DNA of 64,000 bases from Eledone cirrhosa (GCA_964016885.1 OZ024760.1:4774001-4838000), one strand, 5' to 3'; counted from the first letter of the stretch, positions 10,849 to 25,681 are shown. Numbers and translations are program-made. Notes: a model not told the origin generated them from the letters alone.

Positions 10849-11171
10849 GTAAGAAGGAAGAGAGATGGCTATTCTTAGGTGGTGACTAGAACACGGATCC
10901 CTTTCTCTCTCTCCACCCCCTCTCTCTTTCCAACCCCCCTCTCTCATTTCATTGGTAAAGTTATTTGTGTATATGTGATCTATTGTATAATGAAAACAGG
11001 GGTAGTGGGGTAGTGTAGTGTTGGTAGCAGTTAGGATGCTATACACTGTATTTGATTTAATCCCCTAGTCAATATGAATGATACCGTACATTATAAACGG
11101 TAATTAGTTTTCACAAATAGCATACACACACATGTACCCCAGGTCTAGACACAGGAACCAAACTCCCATTG

Positions 11172-11453
11172 TCATCGCCTCCGTCTCTCCCGCCCTCCAC
11201 ATCTCTCCCTATTATGAGCAAATGGGGTCTCATGCGCTGGCCTCCCCATGGCACTGGCGGACAGAATAGAGAAGGCTTTACCCCGGAAGATGGTGAGGGA
11301 GATGCTCAGGAAGAGCCATTCCAGCTCGTGAGGCTCACACCTGAGGCTAGTCAGCTCTGTGCCTATGGTGGTGAGTAGGGAGGTAGCCCTAGGGCCAAGG
11401 ATACCAGAAGTCTCCACTGCTAGAGGCTCGACTGCAAGCCTGTTAGAAAGCAA
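11172..11453 (-). mobile_element. CRE-like non-LTR retrotransposon C-terminal fragment (restriction-like endonuclease region)
   Basis: PLAVETSGILGP...WLFLSISLTIFRGKAFSIL resembles the P(L)AVETxG...IQRGNA motif of CRE-clade elements. Confidence 0.65.
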
Positions 11454-11519
11454 CCAATATTTGATTTAATTCATGAAGATTTTTGTGGATTTACGAAAAG
11501 AATTTTATTATGAAGTCCA

Positions 11520-12075
11520 CACTGTATGCTGATCTGGCACCATAAAAACAAAAGCACACAGTCCACACTGTAATGTCGTCATGCTGGTGACACAGCAAAA
11601 AGTGTCCAGTTCACACTGTAAAGTGGTTGTGTAGGTGTCACGACAAAAAGCACCCATCCCACACTGTAAAGTGGTTGTGTAGGAGTTACAATAAAAAGTA
11701 CCCAGCCCACACAGTAAGGTGATCGTGTTGGTGACATGACAAAAAGCGCCAGTTCACCCTGTAATATGGTTGGTGTTAGGAAGGGCATCCAGCTGTAGAA
11801 ACCAAGCCAAAATACATGTAGGTGACATGACAAAAAGGGTCCAGTACACACTGTCAAGTGGTTGTGTAAGTGTCACAACAAAAAAGTACCCAGCACACAC
11901 TGTAAATGTGGTTGGTATTAGAAAGGGCATCCAGCTGTAGAAACCAATCCAAAATACAGATCAGTATAAGCAAGACGTGGTCTCTGGACCTGACCTGTCT
12001 CATAACATGACAATGTGTCTAACTGATGCAATTGTGGAAAATGGATTTTAAACAACAATGATGATGGTGATGATG
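11520..12075 (+). mobile_element. Retroelement tail with tandem about 42-bp units and (GAT)n end
   Basis: Repeated cacactgtaaagtggttgtgtaggtgtcacgacaaaaagcaccc, and two gttaggaagggcatccagctgtagaaac motifs. Confidence 0.75.
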
Positions 12076-12808
12076 TTATTTCATTGAGATAGTATTTGTA
12101 ACATAACTTATAGTGTAGGTTACTGATATTTATGCTCACATACCCTTTTAACTACTATTTTTCCACAACCAAAAATTTGACAACCAAAAAATTTGAAAAA
12201 AAATAATAAACAACCTTCGGCCTCTACTAAGCATGGTAGATTTTTGAGACTTATTTTAGAAAAAAAGTAGCTTCTTCAACGCTGGAAAATACGGTACATA
12301 AGCAGACCTAAAATCAAACATGTTCCAGCTTTGACTAACCAAAAACGATTGCTAAAAGTATGAAATAAAATTTAAAAAAAAAGCAAAAAAAGCAACATAT
12401 AAATTAACAAACAGTTCTTATATCAAATTATACTGAAAGATTTACATTTAAATAGGAAGCCTTTAAACCGGTCATATCTGGCCAGAATTCTCTCTCTTCT
12501 TTCTGTTCAAACTGGTCATAACTGGCCACTCATACTGACGTTAATGTATTGTTCTGAAAATAAATAACATCAAAATCTCGTAGATTTGATATGTGAGATA
12601 ATTATGTAAGATAAAGCCTTAACTGTGAAAATATAATAGTAAATATAAAGTAATGTAAATGCTAAATGCTTAAGATGGGTTGTTTTGTTTTATAGAACCA
12701 GAACCAGTTTGGAGTGGGTTGCTATCAAAAGGGTTAATCCTTATGACTAACACCTTATATTTTCTATAACTATGTATAATATTACTGTTTCTATTTCGTT
12801 TCATATAG

Positions 12809-12899
12809 GGTGGGCTTTTTGATGATATTCCACGGAAAGCATCGATAGAAAAGTCTAAAAAACCATCAAAAGCACCATTCAGTGATGACGAAATTGTTA
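12809..12899 (+). CDS. WASHC2: WASHC2 exon H: GGLFDDIPRKASIEKSKKPSKAPFSDDEIV
   Basis: Acceptor tttcatatag, donor gtaagt. GGLFDD motif. Phase 0 to 1. Confidence 0.87.
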
Positions 12900-12983
12900 G
12901 TAAGTAGTCTTAATCTAAAGGAATATAACAAAATAGGGGGACATCTGCATTTTTGTTTTTAATCTTATACTATTTGTTTTATA

Positions 12984-13195
12984 CAGGGTGGTCCAAATGT
13001 CACACAGGGGTTGCAACTGTTTATAATTGAAAGATGTAATTTTTCATAAGTAATGTAGAGGTGTGATAAGGATTGACAAGTACAAAATAATTTCCATTAT
13101 GTCCTTTAAGTTGTATCAAAATTTCATACATCAATCTGTGCAATGTGGGAAGTTAATAAAAACTAAAACCCCTGTGTGACTTTTGGGCCACCCTG
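12984..13195. mobile_element. Tc1/mariner-type MITE
   Basis: TA|CAGGGTGGTCCAAATGTCACACAGGGGTT...AACCCCTGTGTGACTTTTGGGCCACCCTG|TA. Confidence 0.85.
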
Positions 13196-13439
13196 TATAT
13201 ATAATGTATGTACATACGTATATTTGCATATATATATATGTATGTAAGTATATACCTTATTTCCTGGTGCCAAAGATGATTCGTCCTTGAGGACGCACCC
13301 TAATTTTGACAACCAAAAATTTGAAAAAAAACAAACAACCTTCGGCCTTCAGGACGCATGGTAGATTTTTGAGATTTATTTTAGGGGAAAAGTAGCGTCT
13401 TCGACGCTGGGAAATGCAGTATGTGTGTATGCATGCATA

Positions 13440-13702
13440 CAGCCATATTGAGCACAGTGAGGGCTGAATCAGTAAAGTGATGAATGTTGATCCAGGAGGC
13501 AGTAGAGGGCCGGGAAGACCAATGAGGATTTGGATGGAGGATATCCATCAGGATTAAGCTAGGTTTGGCTTAGCTCAAATGAGATTGGCAGACAGAAACA
13601 CATGAAGTGGGATGCTAAGGAGTGCTGTCAGACAGGACCCACCCTTACTTAGGGATTAATTGTGTCCTGCATAATCAAAAACTGGATGATGATGATGGTG
13701 AT
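13440..13702 (+). mobile_element. RTE LINE 3' fragment
   Basis: GSRGPGRPMRIW motif and (GAT)n tail. Longer reverse copy at 43838-44219. Confidence 0.75.
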
Positions 13703-13740
13703 ATACACTGGTTGTCTGCTCAATACAAAGCTTGACCACT

Positions 13741-13955
13741 CTAGTGTACATAGTGCTCAGTTCTGGCATGAGAAATTATGTGGATTTTTAGACCAGACAT
13801 ACTTTTAAAAAGCTGTCCACATAAATTGCATACTAGTTTTGGTGTAGTTTGAACTGCCTCTGTATCTTGATGAACTTTGGAATATCTCTTTAGACCTCCT
13901 TGAGATATGCAGCTCTTATGGCACATGTGTCACTGATAAGGGTGAACTTGTTTGT
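13741..13955 (-). pseudogene. Two degenerate C2H2 zinc fingers (likely LINE C-terminus)
   Basis: YQ*HMCHKSCISQGGLKRYSKVH...CNLCGQLFKSMSGLKIHIISH. A stop replaces the first Cys. Confidence 0.6.
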
Positions 13956-14558
13956 ATATTCTCTCTCTCCCTCTGATTCTCTCTCTATATGTGTGTTTGT
14001 GTGTGCATGCATATATATATATATATAAATCTCTCTCTCTATATATATATATAGTAAAACATGTACCACATGGCAACCACTTTGTACTAGATTTGTTTAC
14101 AAAATAGCAATTTGATATCTTGCTCCTTTGCACAATAGTATTGATCAGATGGTTAGCAGTCACACAACTGTCTATAGTTACCTATCTATTTATCTATCAA
14201 TCTTGCTATCTACCTATCTATCTATCTATCAACTGACCTCTCAATCTATCTATCTATCTACCTACTTCTCTCTATCTACCTATCTATCCATATTTATCCA
14301 TCTACCTACATATCTGTATATCTATCTATCTATCTATCTACCTACTTGCCTATCTATATCTATCCATCTACCTACATATCTGTATAGCTATCTATCTATC
14401 TGCCTGTCTGCCTAACTGTCAATCTATAGCTATCTATTTATGATTATTTGCAATTGTACCTATCTTCAGGCAAGAACAACCATAACAACCACAATGTACA
14501 AGTCCCAATAACAGTTTGAAGATAGATAGACAAACCGACAGACAAATAGATAGATGCC

Positions 14559-14777
14559 TACCGTATATACTCAAATATAAACCGATGAATATGTGACCAA
14601 AAAATCAATGGAAAAATGGGAGGTTGGCTTATATATACCATCTAGGCAATGTCTTGATTAGTTGTCTCGGTTTATAAACAGGGTTTGGATTTTCCCTTAT
14701 TTCTCAGACATAAAATAAGAGGGGAAGGCAGAGGTTTGGCTTATATTTGGATTGGCTTATACTCGAGTATATACATA
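14559..14777. mobile_element. pogo/Tigger-like MITE
   Basis: Inverted termini taccgtatatactcaaatataa / ttatactcgagtatatacata. Confidence 0.6.
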
Positions 14778-15577
14778 GGGAGAATGAAGTCATTGTAATT
14801 TTATGGATATGTGTATTTATGATTAAAGAAAATATAAAGGAAATTATTGTAATTGATTTAAATGAATGAAAAACATGGCAATAGCCAGAATGACAAGAGG
14901 GAGAAGGTCAAGGAAAATTGAGAATTCAAGCATTTTTACATTATAAAACGAGAGCTTTTTTGATAAAATGTTGTGGTTTGGTTGAAGCATTGTATGATAT
15001 ATAATGTGGAAAGTGATATATGGCTAAACAATGCAAAATGGACTGTAAGATGAAGGTAATGAAAAAGTAAGTTACCTGGTAATCTTTGTTTTGTTTTTTA
15101 CTATAAACCCTGTCGCTTTTGATGGGTACTATGCTAGCATATATATATAAAATGAATATTAAAACATGATTTATTATTAAAGCATTCGTATATAATGCAT
15201 GTACATGTGCATATATACACACACACACGGAAAATCGGACGTGAAATGATGATGATGATATAGTAATAATAATAGTAATAATAAATGTGAAGACTAAAAT
15301 CCGAAGAGGGCTCGATATATATATGATATATATATAAATCTGTAGAGCAAATATTTATGATAAGAACAGATTAAAGTTTAAGCAAAGAATCACTGCTTTC
15401 ACCCTTATCGGAATCTTCTGAAGATCCCGTTAAGGGTGAAAGCAGCGATTCTTTGCTTAAACTTTAATCTATTATAAATAAATAAATGACGATGATGTGT
15501 GTGTGTGTGTGCATGCATGTATATATGTATTCACAATCTATACATTTCTATATATTACCTTTATTTGTTTATGACAG

Positions 15578-15742
15578 ATCTGTTTTCACCGAGCAATATG
15601 AGTTCCCAGAAACCAAAGGATCATAGATCTAGTATTGTGTCAGCCACCTCTGAAAAGGGCCTATTTGATGATGATGAGGAAGAAGAGGATGATAGAGCAG
15701 ATTTATTCTCCAGTAGTGGTTTCAAATCCCAACCAAAGGATA
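15578..15742 (+). CDS. WASHC2: WASHC2 exon I: NLFSPSNMSSQKPKDH...KGLFDDDEEEEDDRADLFSSSGFKSQPKD
   Basis: Acceptor tttatgacag, donor gtgagt. Canonical LF-acidic-LF (LFa) repeat. Phase 1 to 1. Confidence 0.9.
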
Positions 15743-15802
15743 GTGAGTGATCATTTATATCTACCTATCTCTCTCTCTCTTTCAATCTCTCTCTCTATCA
15801 TT

Positions 15803-17048
15803 TTAATAATAATAATGAAAATTATTGTGTACAGTGCTCAGGTGCACTACAATTCATCAAAGGTGCATGTATAGTATATAGAATAATGTGCAAACATCAA
15901 GAAAGTCAAAAGTGTATGATATACACACAGACACACATACGTATATGTGTATGGAGGGGGGACATCAGGTGTAGTGTTGGCGAATTTTGGGAAATGTGGC
16001 AATTTCGAAGAATGCAGTGTCCCGACATCTAACAACTGATGCAGGTAGTTTGTTCCATGCTTCAGCAACTCTGAGCTTGAAAAAATGTTTCCGAAAATCA
16101 TGGGAGCTGTATTGTTTTCTGATTTTGTAAGCATATCCATGGGTTTTAGACACATGAAATTCAAAAAGGTGCCCAGGGTTGTTGTTGGAAAGATGATTAA
16201 TAATCTTGTGGGTGTCTACCAAGTCAGTCTCCAGATGTCATAGCTCTAATGTATCCATGCTCAGGGAAGCAAAGCGTTCAGATTATCGTAGATACCTGAT
16301 GGAGGGTTTTCGTTTGGTTGCACGTCTCCGAACAATTTCCAAGAGGTCAATATTCTGAGCAAGATTGGGGTTTCAAACTGGTGATGCAAATTCTAAGTGT
16401 AGGTGCACCACAGCTATAAATAGATAGCTGGAGAGCAGCTGACAAAGGTACTGAGTGATGCTAAGACATCCTTAGCCTTCTTGACAATTTTAGAGATGTG
16501 CTTTGTCCAACTCAAATCACTGTTAACAATAATGCCCAGGTCATGTTTACAAGAAGACTTCTTGAGATTGGTTTTGTGGAGGGAGTATGTGAAAGTTGGG
16601 TTTTTCCTCCCAAAAAGCATGGTGGTACACTTGTCTACAGCAAGCTTGAGTTGCCAGTCCATAATCCATTATTGCATTGTGTCCAGGTCTGGTTGAAGGA
16701 AAGATCTATAGTGTACAGGATCTGTCATTTTTATCTCCAGGTACAGCTTGATGTCATCTGCATATTTCAGAACTATGGCATTCTTCAGGTTGACATCTAT
16801 GTCATTAATATATGCAACAAACAAAAAGGGACCAAGAACATATCCTTGTGGTACACCAGATATCATCTCATAGGGTGAAGAATGCTGTCTTAGAACCGAG
16901 ACTACTTCTTTTTGATTGACAATGAAGGACTTCAACCAGTTATAAAGATCATCTCTTACACCCATTGCAGAGAGTTTTGCCATAAATCTTTTATGTGACA
17001 CAGAATTAAAAGCTTTAGCAAAGTCAACATAAATAACATCCACCCATG
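15803..17048 (-). mobile_element. CR1-clade LINE, 5'-truncated and frameshifted
   Basis: RT motifs DFAKAFNSV, GVPQGYVLGP and YADDIKLY; C-terminal FFKLRVAEAWNKLP; (TTA)n tail. Confidence 0.92.
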
Positions 17049-17557
17049 ATGTTCAATACTATTCCCAGTGGTGATGATGATAGTGGTGCTAAGAGTTATT
17101 CTCGTCAGATGTTCCTGAGAGGATTGTGAGGGCAGAGTCCTCAAACACTTCTTCTAGCAGGTCTTGTCAGAAGCAACTGTCTCTAATTGATCTGGCTGGT
17201 TCGCCAAGCGAGCTCATGGATGTTATCCAACCATCTCGCTCAGGGTCTACCCCTGGGGTCTGCAATTGTCAAGGTTTTCTCCCTTCTGAATCCTCTTTGG
17301 GGTCTTGGGATATACAATCTTTGTGAATCCATCTCATGCTTCTCAGGAAGGACAGATTGCAGGCCAACCGCCAGTTTTTACAGCATGAAATGGAGACTCC
17401 AATATTACTGCATCATCTTTCATGTGGGTTAACAAGGGACACATTCAGACTTTAGGTAAAAGCGGCTGTTTGAAAAATATATTGGCAAGAGTTTACTTTT
17501 GAAATTCTTTTTATTCATTTTTTTTAAATGTCTTCCATCGTTGTTCTTTGTAATCAG

Positions 17558-17676
17558 CAGATGTACCAAAATCCAAACCAGTGGCTGATTTATTTGGAGA
17601 CAATGATAGTGAGACCAGTGAAGAGGAAGACCTATTTGCCAATATTTCTGCAAAGAAACCTGTTGAAGCAAAGCAG
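17558..17676 (+). CDS. WASHC2: WASHC2 exon J: TDVPKSKPVADLFGDNDSETSEEEDLFANISAKKPVEAKQ
   Basis: Tandem cagcag acceptor (start 17558 or 17561), donor gtaggt. LFa repeat. Phase 1 to 0. Confidence 0.88.
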
Positions 17677-18490
17677 GTAGGTAATCTTTCATAAATAAGG
17701 TCATGGGTTCAATTCCTCGACTGGGCAGCACATTGTGTCCTTGAGCAAGATACTTCATTTCATGTTGTTGCAATCCACTCAATTGGAAAGTCCCTTAACT
17801 TCTGAGAAGTTATAGGAGTGCCATATTGACATAGGGCATTTCTAAGGCATTTTAAAACCTGGACGAGCCCATCTTGGTCTCCTGGTCTCAGCTGAAAAGA
17901 AAAAATGAAATATACTGTATATATATATATAATGTATATATATATCATATTCCACCTGGTGGTAGCGGTGTGTCCAGTAGTTTTTGTAGTAGGTGGCTAC
18001 CACTTAAGGTGTATGTGTGTGTATATATATATATTGGAAAATGTGAAATCCCTTTCTAAAACACTCCTTAAACACCCCAACACCTCTCCCAACTCCACTC
18101 CCAATCAATTATCTTGCTCTTACCATTCACTATTTTCTGTGTATATATATGCTTTAATTCCTTTAAATCTTCATCAACACTCTTTCACTCCCACTCTCAT
18201 TACCCCCTAGTAACCCCATCTAGCTTTGAACTTATGAACTCTTAGAAATGAGTTCATAACTTTGAAGTTATGAACTGTTGGAAACGATTTCATAACTTTG
18301 AAGTTATGAACTGTTGGAAGAGTTCAAGCATGTTAGGACGAGTTATCTTGTCCATGGCACTGGAATGTATACATGTTAGGATGAGTTATCTCGTCTACAG
18401 CACTGAAGAGGTTAATCAGACAGCTCCTTACCTGCATCTATTCATCTCTGGTGCATTTCTGATGTATTTCATATGTTTTCTTCAAAACAG

Positions 18491-18660
18491 GCTGGAAGCA
18501 TCCTCTCAAAGCCTGTAAAAACAGAAGCATCGTTGACCTCATCATTGCCAAGCAAGCCTGCTGAGACTGTGAAACACAGCACCCTACAGTCCAATGACAG
18601 CCTCTTTGCTGACAATGAAGAGGATGATCTTTTCCTTTCAAAACATGTGTCCACTACGCA
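18491..18660 (+). CDS. WASHC2: WASHC2 exon K: AGSILSKPVKTEAS...SLFADNEEDDLFLSKHVSTT
   Basis: Acceptor ttttcttcaaaacag, donor gtaagt. LFa repeat. Phase 0 to 2, so the gene should continue. Confidence 0.88.
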
Positions 18661-18941
18661 GTAAGTAGACTTATTCTCTTTGCTTTTCATTGATAAGAAA
18701 ACAAACAAAAAAAACATGGAGGTTATCTCTGTCTTTGATATGTTGAAAATTAACCCTGGAAAATCCAACCTGATAGTGAAGAAGTCACAGGAATATTTAT
18801 GTAGGATGTTGAGCTTCTGTGTGTGAGTATATATATATGAATAAAATTAGTCCTTCATCAGTGATCTTCCAATCTTCATTGGTATTTCTTCGCTTTAAAG
18901 ATCATATACCTCTGGTTGGTGCGAGCAATAACTAAAGAAAG

Positions 18942-18981
<40 letters not shown>

Positions 18982-19245
18982 GCATACATATATATATATA
19001 AAGTAAATGACTATCTTTGATTGTCATTTACTTTGTGTTTCGGCTCTGTACTATACTTGTTATTTTACATTGAGATATTTTCATACTTGTAATTGGGTAA
19101 TATTTATTATTCCCCACATTATATATATATTTATATAGCTGCAATTATATATATATATATACATACATACATACACAGTGTGTCCTAAAAATTTATACAC
19201 ACTTCAACAACCTTCTAATAAAATCTTTGGGGACATCATCATCAT

Positions 19246-19295
<50 letters not shown>

Positions 19296-19579
19296 ATATA
19301 TTGGTATTCATCCAAGGTCAGCCTTGATTGAATTGACCTATGGTCAAAATAATGTTTCATCCATGACCATCCTAGCTGCTATTTCTTGCAAATTGAGTAA
19401 CTGACTAGAGGATGGAGTGGTTGTTTTTTTTTTATAGATGAATGCACTTGCTACTGTTAATCACTCAACCATAAAAATAGGAGTGGAAACTGTTGTTCTG
19501 GTTGTTGTTGTTGTTGCAATTGTTTTTGTTGTAGTAGTTGTTCTTGTTATTTTACTATTTTTTATTGTTGTTGTTGTAG

Positions 19580-19840
19580 TAATAATAATAATAATGAAAT
19601 ATTGTGTACAGTGTTCAGGTGCACAAAAAGTGTATGTATAGTACATAGGGTAATGTACAAACGTCAGGAAAATGAACAGTGCATGAGTCATGATATACAC
19701 ATGTGTGCATGTGTATGGAAGGGGTACATCAGGTGTAGTTTTGGCGTATTTTGGGAAGCATGAGTGTTTTAAAGGATGCAGTGTCTCGCAGCTAACAACT
19801 GACACAGGCAGTTTGTTCCATGCTTCAGCAACTCTGAGCG
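19580..19840 (-). mobile_element. CR1 LINE 3' fragment
   Basis: Same 3' end as 15803-17048. Confidence 0.8.
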
Positions 19841-20004
19841 TAGTAGTTGTTCATAATTTTCTTCAATCAGGTTAACTGGAGCAAACAAATCAATAGAGTT
19901 CAATGAAATACCAATATTTAATTTCATATGTCTTCACAACAGAATTCTAACATTTCAGGCAGGTTCTTCATCTCACAATGATATGGTGCAATTGTTTCCC
20001 CATT

Positions 20005-21345
<1,341 letters not shown>

Positions 21346-21549
21346 ATTATTATCTTCATTACCATTTTTCATCCTTACGGGGGTCGATAAAATAAAGTAC
21401 CAGTAATGAACTGGGGTAATTGCTGGCCTTGTGCCAAAAGTAGAAACAATTATCATCATTACCATAACCACTATTACCATCATAGCCACCATTGCCATCA
21501 TCGGTACCATCATCATCATCACCACCAGCATTACCACCACCTTCACCAC

Positions 21550-21882
21550 GATCATGATCCACCATCATTACCATAACAATCATCTAATCATTATCGTTTA
21601 ACATCGCTCATGATCCACCATCATTACCATTACAATCATCTAATCATTATCGTTTAACATCGCTCATGATCCACCATCATTACCATTACAATCATCTAAT
21701 CATTATCGTTTAACATCGCTCATGATCCACCATCATTACCATTACAATCATCTAATCATTATCGTTTAACATCGCTCATGATCCACCATCATTACCATTA
21801 CAATCATCTAATCATTATCGTTTAACATCGATCATGATCCACCATCATTACCATTACAATCATCTCATCATTATCTTTTAAC
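21550..21882. repeat. 58-bp tandem repeat, about 5.5 copies
   Basis: Unit catgatccaccatcattaccattacaatcatctaatcattatcgtttaacatcgct. Confidence 0.9.
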
Positions 21883-21884
21883 AA

Positions 21885-22062
21885 AGGCGGTGGATTGGCA
21901 GGGTCGGACGCCATGCTTTCCAGCATAGTTACGTCCCTTTACGATCTGAGTTCAAATCCTGCCGAGGTTGACTTTGCCTTTCATCCTTACGGGGTCGATA
22001 AAATAAAGTACCACTAATGCACTGGGTAATTGCTGGCCTTGTGCCTAAAGTAGAAACAATTA
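21885..22062 (+). mobile_element. SINE with Nin/Deu-like central domain
   Basis: gagttcaaatcc B box and gcctttcatccttacggggtcgataaaataaagtacc core. Copies near 32210, 41780, 42520, 46360, 47590, 49590-50100, 50740, 54460, 55680 and 61235. Confidence 0.8.
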
Positions 22063-22199
22063 TCGTTCAACATCCATTTTCCACGCTAGCATGGGTAGAT
22101 AGGTTGTCCCATTTGAGGCAAGTTGAGTTGGGTGACCGTGTCTTGCTCATACAGAACTGTTTCTGGCTTGGTTCCTACAGCTGGATGCCCTTCCTAATG

Positions 22200-22810
22200 C
22201 CAACCACATTTACAGTATGTACTGGGTGCTGTTTGACATGACTCCTACATGACCAAAGTTACTGTGAGCGCTAGGTGCTTTTTGTGACATCTACATGACC
22301 ACCTTACAGTGTGGGCTGGATGCTTTTTGTCATGACTCCTACACGACCACCTTACAGTGTGGGCTGGATGCTTTTTGTTGTGATACCTACACGACCAATT
22401 TACAGTGTGGGCTGGGTCTGTGTTGTCATGACACCTACACAACCACTTTATACTGTGGGCTGGTGGTTTTTTGTCGTGACACATACATGACCACTTTACA
22501 GTGTGGGCTGGGAGCTTTTTGTCATAACTCCTACACGACCACCTTACAGTGTGGGCTCTGTGCATTTTGTCACAAGACCTACACGACCACTTTACAATGT
22601 AGACTGGGAGCTTTTTGTCATGACACCTACATAACCACCTTACAATATGGGCTGGGAGCTTTTTGCCATGACGCCTACATGACTACCTTACAGTGTGGGC
22701 TGGTTGCTTTATGTCATGACACCTACACAACCACTTTACAGTGTGGGCTCTGTGCTTTTTGTCACAACACCTATATGACCACTTCACAGTGTGGGTTGGG
22801 TGCTTTTTTC
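22200..22810. repeat. 42-bp minisatellite derived from a retroelement tail
   Basis: Unit gacacctacacgaccaccttacagtgtgggctgggtgctttttgtcat. Confidence 0.88.
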
Positions 22811-22984
22811 CTGAATATATGCCATCAAAATTATAAACAACTAAGCAATTATGCTAATTAGTTTCATACTTAATTATAACAACTAACCTTTCTTGTTATC
22901 AGTTCGGGTTGAGGGTAAAACTGTACTCAATTATCTCAACCCCCACCTCTTCCTATCTCTCCTCTTTCTTCTTGGATGCTGTTG

Positions 22985-24570
22985 CTGCAGATGATGATGG
23001 TGATGATGGTGATAAGATATGGTTGTGTTGTTGATGGTGATGGTGATGGTGTTGATGATGATGTTAATGATGATGGTGATGTTAATGAGGATGGTGATGA
23101 TAGTGATGAAGATGATGGTGGTGATGATGGTGATGGTGGTGATGATGGTGATGGTGATGGTGGTGATGATGATGGTGATGCTGATGGTGATAAGATATAG
23201 TTGTGTTATTATTTATATACCAGCTAATTTTACAACCACTTTCTACACCCACACAACTTCCCTTCTAGCCCCCCCCCCTCATGTATATACACCCCCATCA
23301 CACAGTCTTACACAACCACTTATACATTCATATGTACAGTCTATCAGACACATATATATATACATACATACATGCTTATATACATAGTCACACACACACA
23401 CGCATAGTCACACATAGACACACACGCACATACACATACGTACAGCCACAAACACATACATACAGCCACAAACACATGCACATAGTCACACACACATGCA
23501 CATAGTCACACACACACACATACATATAGTCACAAACACACATGTACATAGTCACACACACACACATACAGTCACAAACACATACATTGGCAAAAACACA
23601 TGTGAGTACATTCTAAGAAGGTGGTGGTGGTGGTGAGGGTGGTGGTGGTGGTGAGGGTGGTGGTGGTGGTGAGGGTGAGGGTGGTGGTGGTGGTGGTGGT
23701 GGTGGTGAGGGTGGTGGTGGTGGTGGTGAGGGTGGTGGTGGGAAGTGGTGAGGGTGAGGATGGTGGTGGAAGTGGTGAGGGTGGTGTTTGTCTTGCATCT
23801 CTATCACTTCCTCATGCTTACTCTCTTCTCTCTGCTGCCCCTCCTCCCCTCCCCCTCTCTCTTTCATTGCTCATATCTCTCTTCTCCCCCCTCTCTCTTT
23901 TGTGATGGTTTGGCAGCATACCAGTACTTTTGCAAGATGTAAGATGCCATCCCCCACCACCCAGCACCACCATCTTTTGCTCTCAACTGTACTTACAGAC
24001 AGACACATACACACATATACACACCACTTCACACCACCTCATGCCACCACTGCCACCAGCAACACCACCACCACCTTCACAGTCAACACCACCACCACCA
24101 TCACAGTCAACACCACCACCACCACCATCACAGTCAACACCACCACCACCACCATCACAGTCAACACCACCACCACCACCATCACAGTCAACACCACCAC
24201 CACCAGCACCACCACCACCACCATCACAGTCAACACCACCACCACCAGCACCACCACCACCACCATCACAGTCAACACCACCACCACCAACACCACCAGT
24301 CAACACCACCACCACCACCAGTCAACACCACCACCACCACCATCACAGTCAACACCACCACCACCAACACCACCAGTCAACACCACCACCACCAACACCA
24401 CCAGTCAACACCACCACCACCACCTTCACAGTCAACACCAACACCACCAGTCAACACCACCACCACCAACACCACCAGTCAACACCACCACCACCATCAC
24501 AGTCAACACCACCATCACCGCTACTACCATCATAGTCAACACCAACAACAACACAACATAACACCACCAC
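22985..24570. repeat. GAT, CA, GGT and CAC-rich micro/minisatellites
   Basis: Direct inspection. Confidence 0.9.
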
Positions 24571-24740
24571 CTGATGATGATGTGATGAAGCTGGTAACTA
24601 ACAACTTGCCTTTTACAGAGCAACATGTTGTTGTTGAGGGCAGAGTAGAGCTAGAGTAGGAGGGATGATAGATAGATAGATAGATAGTTATTTCGTTGGG
24701 TGGGTAGGTAGGTAGATAGATAGATAGTTAGATAGATAGA

Positions 24741-25120
24741 TTTCTTTATTTGCCACAGGGGCGTACAAAAATGGGACATTACAAGACGTGACGGCGGGGT
24801 TTTACATAAAAATAACTTTAACATTAATAAATAACAATAAACTACATATAATAAAATAACAATTGAAATCCCTAATAGGAGGGAACGTTACTGCAGGGTT
24901 GTTTTACACCCTCTGGATAGAACAACCCTTAACACCAGGAACACGTTTTGTAGATGTTCCCGTCTTCCCTCTGTTTATCTTCCTCAACCTACAGGTTTGT
25001 ATACAGCGACGGTCCATTCACTCGGGCCATTTTTGCCACATTCACCCACCTTTCAGCGAATTTACTGGGGTGTAGCACCTCTCTCTCCACTCTCGCCTTC
25101 CTTCTGAAGTGATACTTTAA
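24741..25120 (-). mobile_element. Tx1/L1-like LINE 3' end inserted in (GATA)n
   Basis: Homologous to 37283-37996, with a shared CCCCTGTGGC.AATAAAGAAA terminus and a related coding tail. (GATA)n on both sides. Confidence 0.72.
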
Positions 25121-25432
25121 AGATAGATAGATAGATAAACAGACAAATGGGTATGTAGGTAGATAGATAGAAAGATATGTTGGTTGGTAGGTAAAGAGAT
25201 AGATAGATAGATAGATGGATAGATATATAGACAGACAGACAGACGGATGGATGGTTGGCTGGGCCAGATGTGAATAGGGATAGACAGATGGATGGATAGA
25301 TGGTTACATAAATAGATAGATAAATGTGTACATAAATAGTTGGGTATGTAGGTAAAAGAATAAATAGAATACATATTGGCAGATTGATAGAATAAGAGAT
25401 ATAGATGGTTTTAGTGTGTGTGTGTGTGTGTG

Positions 25433-25471
<39 letters not shown>

Positions 25472-25515
25472 TGTATAATGAATGAAAGAAAGAAGCTGTG
25501 ATATGGTAACTATAC

Positions 25516-25573
<58 letters not shown>

Positions 25574-25648
25574 ATATATTATATATATATATATTATATA
25601 TATTATATATTATATATTATATATATATATATTATATATATTATATAT

Positions 25649-25681
<33 letters not shown>

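Noticed and set aside
18850-18870. CTGATGA on the minus strand beside (TA)n
   Set aside because: No downstream GAAA or helix III. At most a truncated remnant.
19438-19490. Possible next WASHC2 exon after the strong acceptor ttttttatag
   Set aside because: In the required phase 2 it gives an immediate TGA, and the sequence lacks FAM21 character.
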